The notes: a model not told the origin generated them from the sequence alone. 64,000 nt of DNA from an uncultured Phycisphaerales bacterium (GCA_963755915.1 CAVWLP010000002.1:4640001-4704000); one strand, 5' to 3'; counted from the stretch's first letter, positions 31,143-41,797 are shown. Program-made: numbers and translations.

Positions 31143-32347
31143 TTAGAGACCTTCGATGGTTTTCACGAGCGCGTCCAGGCCGCGGTCCCACTGCTGGGAA
31201 GTAATCGTCAGCGCGGGGGCGAGACGGATTACCTTCTGCGCGGTCAGGTTGATTATGATGCCATTCGCAAGGCCGCGTTCAACTAATTTCTGCGGCGGAT
31301 TTTCAGCTCCACGCCCAGCATGAGCCCGCGGCCGCGCACCTCATGAATCTTGTCCTTGAGCGTTTTTTCGCCGCGAAGTTGCGCGATCGCGTGCTCGCCG
31401 AGAGCGGCAGCGTGGGCCAGAAGGTTTTCCCGCTCGATGACGTCGAAGATTGTCCGGGCGACGGACATGCAGACCGGGTTCCCCCCGAGGGTGCACCCAT
31501 GACGGCCGGGGACGAGAAATTTCGCCGTTTCAGGCTTGGCAAACATCGCCCCGACGGGCAAACCGCCCCCGACGGCTTTGCCGAGCGTGAGGATATCAGG
31601 CTCGATGGTTTTTCCCGCCGAGAGAAAATGCTGATAGCCGAACCAGCGTCCGGTTCGTCCGCAGCCGGTCCAGACCTCGTCGAAGATAAGCGTCAGCGAT
31701 TTCTCGTCGCAAACCTTTCGCACGGCCGCGGGAAAATCCGGCGGATAAAGATTGACGCCCCCCTCCCCCTGGATCGGCTCCATGATGATACCGGCCGTCT
31801 CGGCGTCGATGGCTGTTTCCAGGGCGGAAATATCACCGGCATTAACGTGTACAAATCCGGGGACTTCCGGGCCGAAACCCTGCGAGACAGCGGGATTCGC
31901 CGTGGCCGCGATCATCGCCAGCGAGCGGCCGTGAAAGCTCTTGTTCAGGGAGATAATTTTCCAGCGCTTGGGAGAAGATTCCTGTCCGCGCAGTCGTGCC
32001 AGCTTGCAGGCGGCTTCGTTGGCTTCCAGCCCGCTGTGGCAGAAGAAGGCCTGGCCGGGGAAGGCGTGGCGATTGAGTCGCTCGGCGAATTCGACCTGTG
32101 GCAGCGTGTGATACGTGTTCCCAACATGCCAGAGATTTTGCATCTGAGCGCCCGCGGCTTCGATGAGCGCGGGGTGACAATGCCCGAGGATGCAGCCGCC
32201 AAATCCGGCGAAGAGATCGAGGTATTGTTTCCCATCCGCGTCCCACAGATCGGACCCGCGGCCGCGCGCCATGACCACGTTCTGGCGGGCGTAATTGCCG
32301 ATCAGAACCTTGGTGGCTCGGTCGAGAATCTCGGTGCTGGTAGACAT
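31143..32347 (-). CDS. argD: Acetylornithine aminotransferase; frameshift near 31300
   Basis: YLDLFAG, SGLEANEAACKLAR, SFHGR, EPIQGEGG, DEVWTGCGRTG, TLGKAVGGG; shifted frame ends IRLAPAL...EGL*. Confidence 0.88.
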
Positions 32348-32400
32348 CTGATGGAATCCGGCTTAACAATCAGGATACAAGCGGGTGCTCTGAAAATAAA

Positions 32401-32974
32401 TCAGGCAGGCCTGTCGTTGGAAGTGTGCTCTTCTTCGGAGCTTTCTTCCTCGAAATCGAATTCCAGTGCGCCGGAGCCGGAGGGATGCCCACCATCGGAG
32501 ACGGCGTCGAAATTGATGTCATCCGTCGCCGGCGCTTCGGCTGGCGCTGCGGCTCCTTCGCCCGCGTCAGCCTGATCGCCTGAGGCGGGGTGATCGTCCG
32601 CGAGAAAATCATCCGCCTCGCCGGTGGCGCCTTCAGCAGGTGCTGCTGCCGGTTGCATGTCTTCATCCGCCGGCACGCCGTCGATCTGAACCATAAAAGT
32701 AACCGGCCCGATCTGAACGGTGTCCCCCTGCGCCAAGGGTCGCCTCGCGGACGCGCTGGCCGTTGTGAAAAGTGCCGTTGGAGCTGCCGAGGTCTTCAAG
32801 GCGGATCGCGTCGCCGTCACGGATGAGCCGGCAATGCTTTCGTGAGACTTCCCCCAGAGGAATGCGAAGGTCGCAATCTTCACGTCGTCCGACGACGGTC
32901 ATATCGCGGACGATGGAAAAACTGCGTCGTTCGCCGTCGGCGCGGAACATGACAAGGACAACCTGCATCGGCAA
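32401..32974 (-). CDS. Canonical FHA-domain protein with acidic tail; frameshift near 32740
   Basis: VGR...VSRKH...DLGSSNGT...NG, with the pThr-binding residues retained. Confidence 0.88.
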
Positions 32975-33122
32975 ATACCTCGAGGGGCGAATACCGGAGA
33001 TTACGCTATTACTTTAGTGTCTGAGGGGGGTTTGGGCAACTTTAAATTGGGGGATGTGGAGGTGGGTTATTTCGGGCGCGAGTTTCGCGTTAACCGTGAA
33101 AAAACGTAGGATTTCGGCGGTG

Positions 33123-33416
33123 ATGAGCAGAGCCAAAGGCAGAATTTCGGCGGGTCCCGCAAAGCGACTTCGCTTTGAGAGCGATCGCCTGATCGTTGCC
33201 TTTCAGGATGGGCGCGAAGTTCATGTGCCGTTGCGGCTATACCCCTCGCTCTTGCGTGCCACGCCGGCACAGCGGTCTCGCTGGAGAATGATTGGCCCGG
33301 CCAAGGCATTTCACTGGCCCGACCTGGATTTGGATCTATCGGTCGAGGGATTGATCTCTGGATTGCGGGAAGCGATTCCAGCGCCGCCGCGTGTCAGAGC
33401 ACGCCGGACCGCATAA
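33123..33416 (+). CDS. DUF2442-family protein
   Basis: DGREVHVPLRLYPSLLRATPAQR...HWPDLDLDLSVEGL. Confidence 0.85.
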   Translation: MSRAKGRISAGPAKRLRFESDRLIVAFQDGREVHVPLRLYPSLLRATPAQRSRWRMIGPAKAFHWPDLDLDLSVEGLISGLREAIPAPPRVRARRTA

Positions 33417-33472
33417 GACGATAAACCCCCGTTAATTTCGCCCGGATTTAAGGGGCGGTTACCATACCTCAC

Positions 33473-34974
33473 GTGCTCGCCACCGTACATTCCTTCGTCC
33501 TGACAGGAATCGACGCGATCCTTTGTGAAGTCGAGGCGGATGTCAGTCAGCGCGGCCTTTCCAGAACGATCATCGTCGGCCTCGCCCAGACCGCCGTGAA
33601 GGAATCGATCGAGCGCGTGCGCCGCGCGATGATCAATGCCGGCTTTCCGTTCCCCGGCCATGGAAAGCTGATCAATCTCGCACCGGCGGATGTGAAGAAG
33701 GAGGGCCCTAGCCTCGATTTGCCGATCGCGGTTGGACTGCTGCGCGCGAGTGGGTCGATTGAGACCGATGTGCATAAACAGTTCGTGATCGCGGGCGAGC
33801 TCGCGCTCGACGGCCGGCTGCGGAAAATCAAAGGCGCCCTTTCCCTGGCGATGCTCGCCAAAGAGAAAAAGCTGCGGGGGGTAATTTTGCCCGCGGAAAA
33901 TGCCCGCGAGGCGGCGGTTGTCGAGGGGGTTGAAGTGTATCCGATCTCGCATCTTTCGCAGGCTGTTTCGTTTTTGAACGAGCGATTGCCGATCGAGGCG
34001 TATGAGTTGGATGGCGAGGCCTACACGGCTTCGGCGATATCGCCTGATCTGGATTTCGCCGATGTGCGCGGGCAGGAGGCGGTGAAGCGCGCGATTACCG
34101 TTGCCGCGGCTGGAAGTCATAACCTGCTCATGATCGGCCCCCCCGGCACTGGCAAGACAATGCTCGCCCAGCGCATGGCCGGCGTTCTGCCTATGCTGTC
34201 GCGCAGCGAGTCGCTGGAGACCACGCGGATTTATTCCGCACTCGGCCTGCTCCCCGAAGGCGTCGCGCTCATGGACGAACGCCCGGTGCGAATGCCCCAC
34301 CATTCCGCCACCGCCCAGGCCCTCATCGGCGGCGGAACCATCCCCCGCCCCGGCGAAGTTTCCCTGGCACATCACGGAATTCTATTCCTCGACGAGCTGC
34401 CCGAATTTGCCCGCTATGTCCTCGAGACACTTCGGCAGCCCCTGGAAAGCGGCGAGGTAACCATCTCGCGCGCCTATGGCTCGATGCGCTTCCCCGCCCG
34501 TTTCATGATGGTCGCCGCGATGAATCCGACCGCACGGGGATTCCAGTCGGATAACCCCCGCGCCCGCGACCGCTATCTCGACAAACTCAGCGGCCCGCTC
34601 CTCGATCGCATCGATATGCACGTCGAAGTCCCGGCCGTTCCCTATCCGGAACTAACCGGCAAAAACCGCGGCACCGACACCCAGACAATGCGCACCCGCG
34701 TACAGGGGCGCGAGAGATCCAGCGCAAGCGATTCGGAAATGCCATGCTCAATGCCCACATGGGATCAAAGCAGCTCAAATCCTTCTGCGAGCTTTCCGCC
34801 GGGTGCCTGATGCTGATGAAGCAGGCGATGAATGAGCTGGGGCTGAGCGCGCGTGCGTATGACAAGGTGAGGCGCGTGGGGCGGACGATCGCTGATCTGG
34901 AGCAAGCCGACGAGATTCAGGAGCATCACCTGGCGGAGGCGATTCAGTATCGGTTGTTGGATAGGAGGGGGTAA
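33473..34974 (+). CDS. comM: YifB/ComM Mg-chelatase-like AAA+ ATPase; frameshift near 34705
   Basis: INLAPADVKKEG, GELALDG, GPPGTGKT, GEVSLAHHGILFLDELPEF, SGPLLDRID, LSARAYDKV. Confidence 0.93.
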
Positions 34975-35044
34975 AAAGGGTGGACTTCGCGCTTTTGCGC
35001 CTTCGAGGTAAACTTTGCGAAGATGGCAACCGCAAAGATGTTAA

Positions 35045-35070
35045 CCGCCAAGACGCCAAGAGCGCCAAGA
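35045..35070 (+). repeat. Short tandem GCCAAGA repeat (3 copies)
   Basis: ccgccaagacgccaagagcgccaaga. Confidence 0.6.
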
Positions 35071-35079
35071 AAATGCGCA

Positions 35080-36897
35080 ATGCGATGGAGTTGGATCGTC
35101 CCGATTCTATTAATCGCAACAATTCGTTCCTTCGCCGACGTGGTCTATGTCAGCCCCACCGGCGACGACTCCGCGACCGGCGATGCAACCCACCCTTTCC
35201 AGACCATCTCCCGCGCCGCGCAGTGGGCCAAGGCCGGTGATACCGTTCTGATTGCGCCGGGCACTTATCGCGAAACTGTATTTCTGACGCATTCGGGCAC
35301 GCAGGCGCAGCCGATTACTTTTGCGGCGCAGAAAGAGGGGACCGCCATTGTCAGCGCTGCCGATCCGCTGACGGTTTGGACGCCGGTGGTTTCCAGGCCG
35401 GGTCCATACCTTGCTGACTGGCCCTACGATTTCATCATCGATCATAATCCCGACGGCTCCCCCGTTCGCGATCACGGCGCCCCCGCGCCGATAGGCTGTG
35501 CCGAGCAGATTCTCTTCGAGGGACATCCCCTGCGCCAGGTCATGAACAACGACGACCTTGCCCCCGGAACCTTTTACATCGACTGGCAGTTTCACACCCT
35601 CGCTCTCTGGCTGCCCGGAAGCATGGATCCGCGCAATACCGATGTGGAAGGCAGCGTGCGCGAATACACGCTCTCCCCGCTCGAGCAGAACAATAATTTC
35701 TCCGACGTGCGCTATATCACCCTCCGCGGCCTCACTTTCCGCGATACCGCCAACTTCGCCCAGCGCGGCGGGATGATCCTCGGCACCGGCTGGCATGCCG
35801 AGCACTGCATCGTCGAGGGCGACAACGCCGGTGGAATGAGCCTCAACGGCGATCACATTCTCGTCGACCATTGCACCCTCCAGTACAACGGATTCTGCGG
35901 CCTCAGCGGCTCCGGAAATTTTAACACCATCCAGGACTGCATCGTTCGCGGGAACAACTGGAAAGGATTCCCCCCTTCCTGGGAAGGCGGCGGTGGAAAA
36001 TTCTGCCAGACCGATCACCTCACCGTCACCCGCCACCAGAGCTACGACAACACCGGACCGGGCCTGTGGCTCGATATCGACAACACCAATTACTCCATCA
36101 CCGATTCCATCTTCCACGGCAACCACGGACTTGCCGCCGACTGGGAAGGCAGCGGAATCGACCTGGAAATCGGCCACGGCCCGGGTCTTGTGGAACGAAA
36201 TATTATTTATTCGAACACCGGCGCCGGAATTCTGCTCGCCGAGAGCGAACATATCACCGTTCAGTCCAACACCTTCGATGACAACACCAAGGGCGTGGAA
36301 CTGCGGGCAATGCCGAACCGCGACAATCACATTCTTAAGGGAATCGAGATCACCCAGAACCGCTTCAAGGAATGGCGCGGAGGCGCGATCGTAACGAGCC
36401 TGGGAGACTGGTCGCCTGCCTCGGTGACGCAGCGCGAAATCCAGATTGACCAGAATGTGTACGACCCCGTGGCCGGCCGGCCGTTTTTTACCTGGGGCGA
36501 TGCGTCGCTGGGTTCCCTCGACGAGATTCGCTCGGTGCTTGGCGTCGATAAGAATAGCTCGATGGGCCAGATCGATTTTCAGTATCCGCTCCAGGATGCG
36601 AAAACCGTAACCGATCCCGATCGCCCAACGATCGCCAGGGCGTTGAAATCAGCCGCGGTAGGCACCGAAGTCCTGATTCCTGCCGCATGCCGCTCCCCGA
36701 TTTTTCAGGATGGGACGTGCGCGATTTATGACAGCGATAATCATTGCCTGATGCTCGCCGTGCCTACGGATTTGCGGCCGAGATTGGAAGAGGGCGTGGG
36801 TGTCTGGCCTGCAACCGTGCCCGTCTCTCTGCAGGTCCGCATCGACCGCAATACGGTGGATCACGATATCCGCGCCACCCTGGTGGAGATCAAGTAG
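35080..36897 (+). CDS. Secreted right-handed parallel beta-helix protein (DUF1565-like N-terminus)
   Basis: Signal peptide, VYVSPTGDD..GD..HPFQTISRA, IAPGTYRE, Asn-rich beta-helix repeats. Confidence 0.85.
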   Translation: MRWSWIVPILLIATIRSFADVVYVSPTGDDSATGDATHPFQTISRAAQWAKAGDTVLIAPGTYRETVFLTHSGTQAQPITFAAQKEGTAIVSAADPLTVWTPVVSRPGPYLADWPYDFIIDHNPDGSPVRDHGAPAPIGCAEQILFEGHPLRQVMNNDDLAPGTFYIDWQFHTLALWLPGSMDPRNTDVEGSVREYTLSPLEQNNNFSDVRYITLRGLTFRDTANFAQRGGMILGTGWHAEHCIVEGDNAGGMSLNGDHILVDHCTLQYNGFCGLSGSGNFNTIQDCIVRGNNWKGFPPSWEGGGGKFCQTDHLTVTRHQSYDNTGPGLWLDIDNTNYSITDSIFHGNHGLAADWEGSGIDLEIGHGPGLVERNIIYSNTGAGILLAESEHITVQSNTFDDNTKGVELRAMPNRDNHILKGIEITQNRFKEWRGGAIVTSLGDWSPASVTQREIQIDQNVYDPVAGRPFFTWGDASLGSLDEIRSVLGVDKNSSMGQIDFQYPLQDAKTVTDPDRPTIARALKSAAVGTEVLIPAACRSPIFQDGTCAIYDSDNHCLMLAVPTDLRPRLEEGVGVWPATVPVSLQVRIDRNTVDHDIRATLVEIK

Positions 36898-36954
36898 CCA
36901 GTGAATTCCCCCATCCGCGCAAGTTTCGGCCCCCTTGCGCGTCTTATCTGGTGG

Positions 36955-38841
36955 ATGTCAATCATGGATTGCACTCAAACCAACACCAGCCAATCGGTCG
37001 CACCCGACGAAACCCTTGTCGACCTCGCCCGGAGAGGCGATTCCGCAGCGTTCGCCCAGCTTGTCAACCGGCATTTCGGCACCGTCTGGGCCATCGTCCA
37101 TTCGCGAGTAAGCCAACGTGAATCGGCCGAGGACGTTGTGCAGGAGGTCTTCATTTTGGCCCTGCTGCACCTGCAAACCCTCTCCGATCCCCGGCGGTTT
37201 GGCGGGTGGATCTCCAGAATCGCCCGACACCGCGCTTTGGACGCGATTCGCCACGGGGCCAGGTCGCGCATCGTGTCGATGGTCCCTTTCGATCGCATGC
37301 TGGAAGTGCAGGCAAACACCGAATCCGACGATGTGGAGCGAGCTATGGAAAAGGGTGAAGCCACCGCGGCCGTGCGAAACGCGATCCGGGCGCTCCCGGA
37401 AGCGCAGCGTGAAATTGTCCTTTTGCATTTCACCGAAGGGCTAAACAAAAAAGAGATCGCCGACCGGCTTGAGGTGCATCCGGCCACGGTTGGCAGACAG
37501 CTGACGCGGGCCCTGGATTCGATGCGGGTGCCCCTTCGTCAATTCTCGGGCGAGCCGCGCGAGCTGCTCGCCGCCCGCGGCTTGGCGCGGACTTCCACTT
37601 TGGCCCTCATCGCGGCCGTTGGGGTGATGTCGGCGATCGAGCGTTCGCGGCTCGTCGAAGCGTCCGGCGGCGTGTCGGCCCTCGGGCCCGCCGCCGCGGC
37701 GGTTAAAACAGGTTCAACTATTACTGGAGGATGGATCATGGCAGCAAAACTCTCCGTCGCGGCGGCAGCTCTGGCGGCCATCGCCGGTGTCGTGGGACTC
37801 ACGGTCTACAAAGTCGTCGCCGACGATGGCTCCGGCGCTACTGCTGCTCCGCAGCAGGTCAACTCTGCGCCGAGTCTGCTGGACGTCGAAGTCGTGGAAC
37901 AGGAAGGATGGAAATTATTCGCCGCGAAAAAGTTCGACCTGGCCGAAGCGAAATTCACCGCGGCGATCCAGCTCGATCCAGCCACCGCCGATGCCTGGAA
38001 CGGACTTGGATGGTGCCAGTTTAACGAGGGTTTGCTCGACAAGGCAGAAGCCTCGCTGAATAAATGCCTCGCCCTCGATCCGCAGCACTTCGCCGCATTT
38101 AACGGCCTTGGCTGGATCTACTTTAATCGCCAGAAACTCGATCAGGCAGAAAAATATTTCCTCAAGGCCGCCCCACGGGCGGAAGCATCGTGGTGGGGAC
38201 TGACCAAGATCTATCTTCTGCAAAGCAAGTGGGACGACGCGGCCAAATACGCAAGTCAGATCATCAACGCCGGGCAAATATCCGACGCGGATATGAAAGA
38301 TGCCAAGGCAATGCTCAAGGCGGCCCAGGACCGGAATCTGCCCGAGGACGTTCGGGGGGAAATCTCGCCGGATTCGAGCGTGGTTTCACCTGCGGTGCAG
38401 CAGGGTTGGATGCAAATGAATCGCGGAAATATGCAGGCGGCCAGACGCTTATTCGAGCAGGCGCTTGCCGACTCCCCGAATGACGCCAACGCCCTTAACG
38501 GAATGGGCTGGCTGAATCTGCGTACCGGCCAAACCGAAGATGCCAAATCAAATTTCGAGGCAGCCGTGAAAAATAATCCCCAAGCCTGGGGCGCAGTCAA
38601 CGGCCTTGCCCTGGTCGACAAGCGGCAGGGCCGCCTAGATGACGCGATTTCACTCTGGCAGCGCATGGTCGCCAGCCTGCCTACGGTGAACGCCGGAACC
38701 TACGGATTGGCCAACGCCTACATGGCCAAAAGGGATTTCGCGCAGGCGGTCCCGCTTTGGCAGGAGATCGTGGATGCCGATCCAAACAATCCGGATGCGA
38801 AAACGAACCTGGAGCGTGCGAAAGTGCGGGCGGGGCAGTGA
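36955..38841 (+). CDS. ECF sigma factor fused to a TM helix and extracytoplasmic TPR repeats
   Basis: Region 2 AEDVVQEVF...FGGWISRIARH, region 4 LPEAQREIVLLHF.EGL..KEIA, hydrophobic VAAAALAAIAGVVG, TPRs (AWNGLGW). Confidence 0.9.
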   Translation: MSIMDCTQTNTSQSVAPDETLVDLARRGDSAAFAQLVNRHFGTVWAIVHSRVSQRESAEDVVQEVFILALLHLQTLSDPRRFGGWISRIARHRALDAIRHGARSRIVSMVPFDRMLEVQANTESDDVERAMEKGEATAAVRNAIRALPEAQREIVLLHFTEGLNKKEIADRLEVHPATVGRQLTRALDSMRVPLRQFSGEPRELLAARGLARTSTLALIAAVGVMSAIERSRLVEASGGVSALGPAAAAVKTGSTITGGWIMAAKLSVAAAALAAIAGVVGLTVYKVVADDGSGATAAPQQVNSAPSLLDVEVVEQEGWKLFAAKKFDLAEAKFTAAIQLDPATADAWNGLGWCQFNEGLLDKAEASLNKCLALDPQHFAAFNGLGWIYFNRQKLDQAEKYFLKAAPRAEASWWGLTKIYLLQSKWDDAAKYASQIINAGQISDADMKDAKAMLKAAQDRNLPEDVRGEISPDSSVVSPAVQQGWMQMNRGNMQAARRLFEQALADSPNDANALNGMGWLNLRTGQTEDAKSNFEAAVKNNPQAWGAVNGLALVDKRQGRLDDAISLWQRMVASLPTVNAGTYGLANAYMAKRDFAQAVPLWQEIVDADPNNPDAKTNLERAKVRAGQ

Positions 38842-38985
38842 AATCGCAAAACCGCCCAAATTTTTCCTCTTTTTCCCTGGACGATTTGGGGAAGCCGGAA
38901 AGTGGAGGTGGGGAGGGCTCCCGCTGTTTCAAGTCCCGCCCCGAAAGTCATTCATCCCGCCACCTGGGCTATACTTCCCCCTCGG

Positions 38986-40875
38986 ATGACGCCGGATTCA
39001 CCCATACAGCCGACGGTCGAGCAGGCAATGGCCCTCGCCTTGCAGAAACACCAGGCGGGGAATCTCTCGGACGCCGAACAAATTTACCGCGATGTGCTCA
39101 GCCGCGAGCCGGGGAATTTCCAGGCGCTGCATCTCCTGGGGATCGTTGCTTTTCACACCGGGCGGACCGATCTGGCCATCGAAATGATCGGCCGGGCAAT
39201 TGTAATTTCCCCCGGCGTGGCGGCGCTCCATTCGAATCTCGGAAACGCCCTGCGGCAGAAGCGGCGGCTTGATGACGCCGCCAACGCCTACCGCGAAGCA
39301 ATTCGAATCGATCCCAACTTTGCCGCAGCCCACATCAACCTCGGGAACATCCTGCTCGAAACGGGAAAATTTGGCGAGGCGATTCAAGCGTACCGGACCG
39401 GACTCAAGCTTGCCCCTGAAAATGCGGCGGCGCATTACAACCTCGGCATCGCCCTGCGCAAATCCGGACTTCTCGATGATGCCGCCACGGCCTATCGCCA
39501 GGCGATTAAGCTCAAGCCCGATCAGTCCGAGGTCTTCCATGAACTGGGGCTGGTGCTCCGCGATCAGGGATTGCACGATGAAACGATCGCGGCAGCGCAC
39601 CGCGCCGTCGCGCTGAAGCCGCACTCGCCCGAATTCCACAGCAATTTGATTTTGAGGCTGCATTATCACCAGGAATCGACGCCGGCATCGCTGCTGGAGG
39701 AAGCGCGCCAGTGGGGGCGAAAACATGCGGCGAAGTTTGCCCAAGCGGCCCGACCGCATTCGAATGACCCCAATCCAGATCGCCCATTGAAGGTCGGCTA
39801 CGTCTCCCCGGATTTTCGCAACCATCCCGTCGGGCGATTTATTTTGCCGCTGATGCAGCGGCACGATGCCCGGCAGTTTCAGATCCATTGTTACGCGCGC
39901 ACGGACGGAGAAGATGAGATGACCCGGCGAATTCGGTCATGCGCTCGCGTTTGGCGCGATACGGGCGGGATGAATAATGACCGGCTCGCGGAGCAGATTC
40001 GCGAGGATGGGGTTGATATTCTCGTCGATCTCTCATCCCACACGGCGTTCAATCGGCTGCTGGTCTTTGCCCGCAAACCCGCGCCCGTGCAGGTGACATA
40101 TCTCGCGTACCCGGGGACCACCGGAATCGAGATGATGGATTATCGGATAACCGATGCCTCTCTCGATCCCCCAGGGATTTCAGAGGAGTTTTATTGCGAA
40201 AAATCTGTCCGGCTAGAGAGTTATTGGTGCTACCGACCCCCGATTGAGGATTTGGAGGTGACCGCGCCTCCGGCGGCGAGCGCGGGGTTTGTAACCTTCG
40301 GGTGTTTGAATGCCTTTCGGAAGCTCACCGCGGCCACGCTCGAAACCTGGTCCGCGGTGTTGTCGGCCGCCAGCCATTCGCAAATGCTCATCCACGCAGA
40401 GGCGGGGAGCCATCGCCGCCGCGTGCAGGACTTTTTCCAGAGCCGAGGAATCGATCCGCAGCGAATTGTCTTTACGGCGATGCTGCCTCTCGAGAAGTAC
40501 ATGCGGCAATACTCTCGGATTGATATTGCCCTCGATCCCTTTCCGTTTGGCGGCGGAACGACGACGTGTGACGCACTTTGGATGGGCGTGCCCGTGATCA
40601 CCCTGGCCGGCCGGACCGCGGTGGGGCGCGGCGGCGTCAGCATCCTTTCAAATGCCGGCTTTGCAGACTTTATCGCCAGAGACACCGCGGATTACATACG
40701 ACGCGCGGTCGAGCTCGCAGGCGATTTGCGGCATTTGAAGGAACTGCGGTCGAATCAGCGCGAGAGAATGCACCATTCGCGGTTAATGGATGAGCGCAGA
40801 TTCGTATCCGATTTTGAGTCGGCCCTGAGATGGATGTGGCAAGAGTGGTGTAAATCGCCGCGTAAGAGGCTGTAG
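38986..40875 (+). CDS. TPR + GT41 protein (OGT/SPINDLY-like glycosyltransferase)
   Basis: TPRs, VGYVSPDFRNHPVG, DILVDLSSHT, PAPVQVTYLAYPGTTG, DIALDPFPFGGGTTTCDALWMGVPV. Confidence 0.92.
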   Translation: MTPDSPIQPTVEQAMALALQKHQAGNLSDAEQIYRDVLSREPGNFQALHLLGIVAFHTGRTDLAIEMIGRAIVISPGVAALHSNLGNALRQKRRLDDAANAYREAIRIDPNFAAAHINLGNILLETGKFGEAIQAYRTGLKLAPENAAAHYNLGIALRKSGLLDDAATAYRQAIKLKPDQSEVFHELGLVLRDQGLHDETIAAAHRAVALKPHSPEFHSNLILRLHYHQESTPASLLEEARQWGRKHAAKFAQAARPHSNDPNPDRPLKVGYVSPDFRNHPVGRFILPLMQRHDARQFQIHCYARTDGEDEMTRRIRSCARVWRDTGGMNNDRLAEQIREDGVDILVDLSSHTAFNRLLVFARKPAPVQVTYLAYPGTTGIEMMDYRITDASLDPPGISEEFYCEKSVRLESYWCYRPPIEDLEVTAPPAASAGFVTFGCLNAFRKLTAATLETWSAVLSAASHSQMLIHAEAGSHRRRVQDFFQSRGIDPQRIVFTAMLPLEKYMRQYSRIDIALDPFPFGGGTTTCDALWMGVPVITLAGRTAVGRGGVSILSNAGFADFIARDTADYIRRAVELAGDLRHLKELRSNQRERMHHSRLMDERRFVSDFESALRWMWQEWCKSPRKRL

Positions 40876-40921
40876 CCCAACCCGGTAATTTCATCTGCGG
40901 ATTGGCTTTCATGCTTTCCGG

Positions 40922-41236
40922 CTACGCCTCGCCCATGCGTGGCTGTCTCGCACCGTGCCGAAAATTCACCACCTCGACGATACGAGCGGCATCGTTCACT
41001 TCGTAGTGGACCAGGTAGGTGTTCTCGAACACCATCTTGTGAATCCTGCCACCGATACGGGCGCACGCGTCCTCGTCGATGGCATGGCCGTGGAATTCCC
41101 CCAAACCTTCAATCGCGGCCAGCAACCGATCTTCCCACGCCAATGCATTCTCGATTGAATCCTCTGCGATGAAAAGCGTTTGCTCACGAATTTTGGCCAG
41201 CGTCGATTCGGCGATTTGAACCTGCAGTCGCTTCAC
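40922..41236 (-). CDS. RelE/ParE-family type II toxin
   Basis: IAEDSIENALAWEDRLLAAIEGL, YLVHYEV, VEVVNFRHGARQ; start overlaps the antitoxin stop. Confidence 0.85.
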   Translation of the reverse strand: MKRLQVQIAESTLAKIREQTLFIAEDSIENALAWEDRLLAAIEGLGEFHGHAIDEDACARIGGRIHKMVFENTYLVHYEVNDAARIVEVVNFRHGARQPRMGEA

Positions 41237-41556
41237 TTGGCCCCGTCACGCTTGGTCCCGTTACGCTTGGCCTTCAATGCCGTCAGTTCCGTCCGAAGTT
41301 GGGCAAACGCGGCACGAACATCCTTGCCTTTGCCATCTTTGAATTCCTGGCGGGCGAGCTGGATGGCGGCGATATCGCGGGCAAGCAAAACCTCACGAGC
41401 CATCGCATCGTACGCGGCAGGCGACAAGAGCACCGCCCGGGCTTCGCCGTTCACGGTGATGATTTCCGCCTCGCCTGTCTCATTCAGCCGGTCGAGCGTT
41501 TCTCCCGCTTTGTGACGGAAATCAGACAGCGACTGCGTGTGTTCAGTGGACAGCAT
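41233..41556 (-). CDS. Phd/YefM-family antitoxin
   Basis: SLSDFR, IITVNGEARAVLLSPAAYD. Confidence 0.88.
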   Translation of the reverse strand: MLSTEHTQSLSDFRHKAGETLDRLNETGEAEIITVNGEARAVLLSPAAYDAMAREVLLARDIAAIQLARQEFKDGKGKDVRAAFAQLRTELTALKAKRNGTKRDGAK

Positions 41557-41573
41557 TTACCTCGCTCGCAATT

Positions 41574-41606
41574 GGGATAATGAATTAGTTATAAATTCAT
41601 TATCCC
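41574..41606. promoter_or_regulatory. Probable TA operator overlapping the -10 box
   Basis: Perfect 13-bp inverted repeat gggataatgaatt / aattcattatccc with 7-nt spacer; minus-strand TATAAC in the spacer; ~17 nt upstream of the antitoxin ATG. Confidence 0.75.
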
Positions 41607-41667
41607 TTCACCGCGCTGAAAAGGCAACATTCCCGTTGTCCGGCATCGAAAAAAAGCCAGAACCCCC

Positions 41668-41702
41668 TGATATCAACGCCATCAATGATTTCGTTGATAT
41701 CA
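41668..41702. repeat. 11-bp inverted repeat downstream of the signalling operon
   Basis: tgatatcaacg / cgttgatatca with 13-nt spacer. Confidence 0.55.
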
Positions 41703-41797
41703 CGAAAACCACGTACTCAACCTACCCAGGCCCCCCAGCTTATTGCAGAGTGTAAAGTTTTGTATTGCATCACCCGACGCCCAAAAATTAGGAGGCA

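Noticed and set aside
31343-32575. Long antisense ORFs (also 48682..50109, 35110..36330, 33311..34375, 4967..5890)
   Set aside because: They mirror well-supported genes on the other strand, as expected in high-GC DNA, and have no recognisable motifs
35045-35070. GCCAAGA repeats as CRISPR or as protein N-terminus
   Set aside because: Only three 7-nt units without spacers and no cas genes; the gene more plausibly starts at 35080
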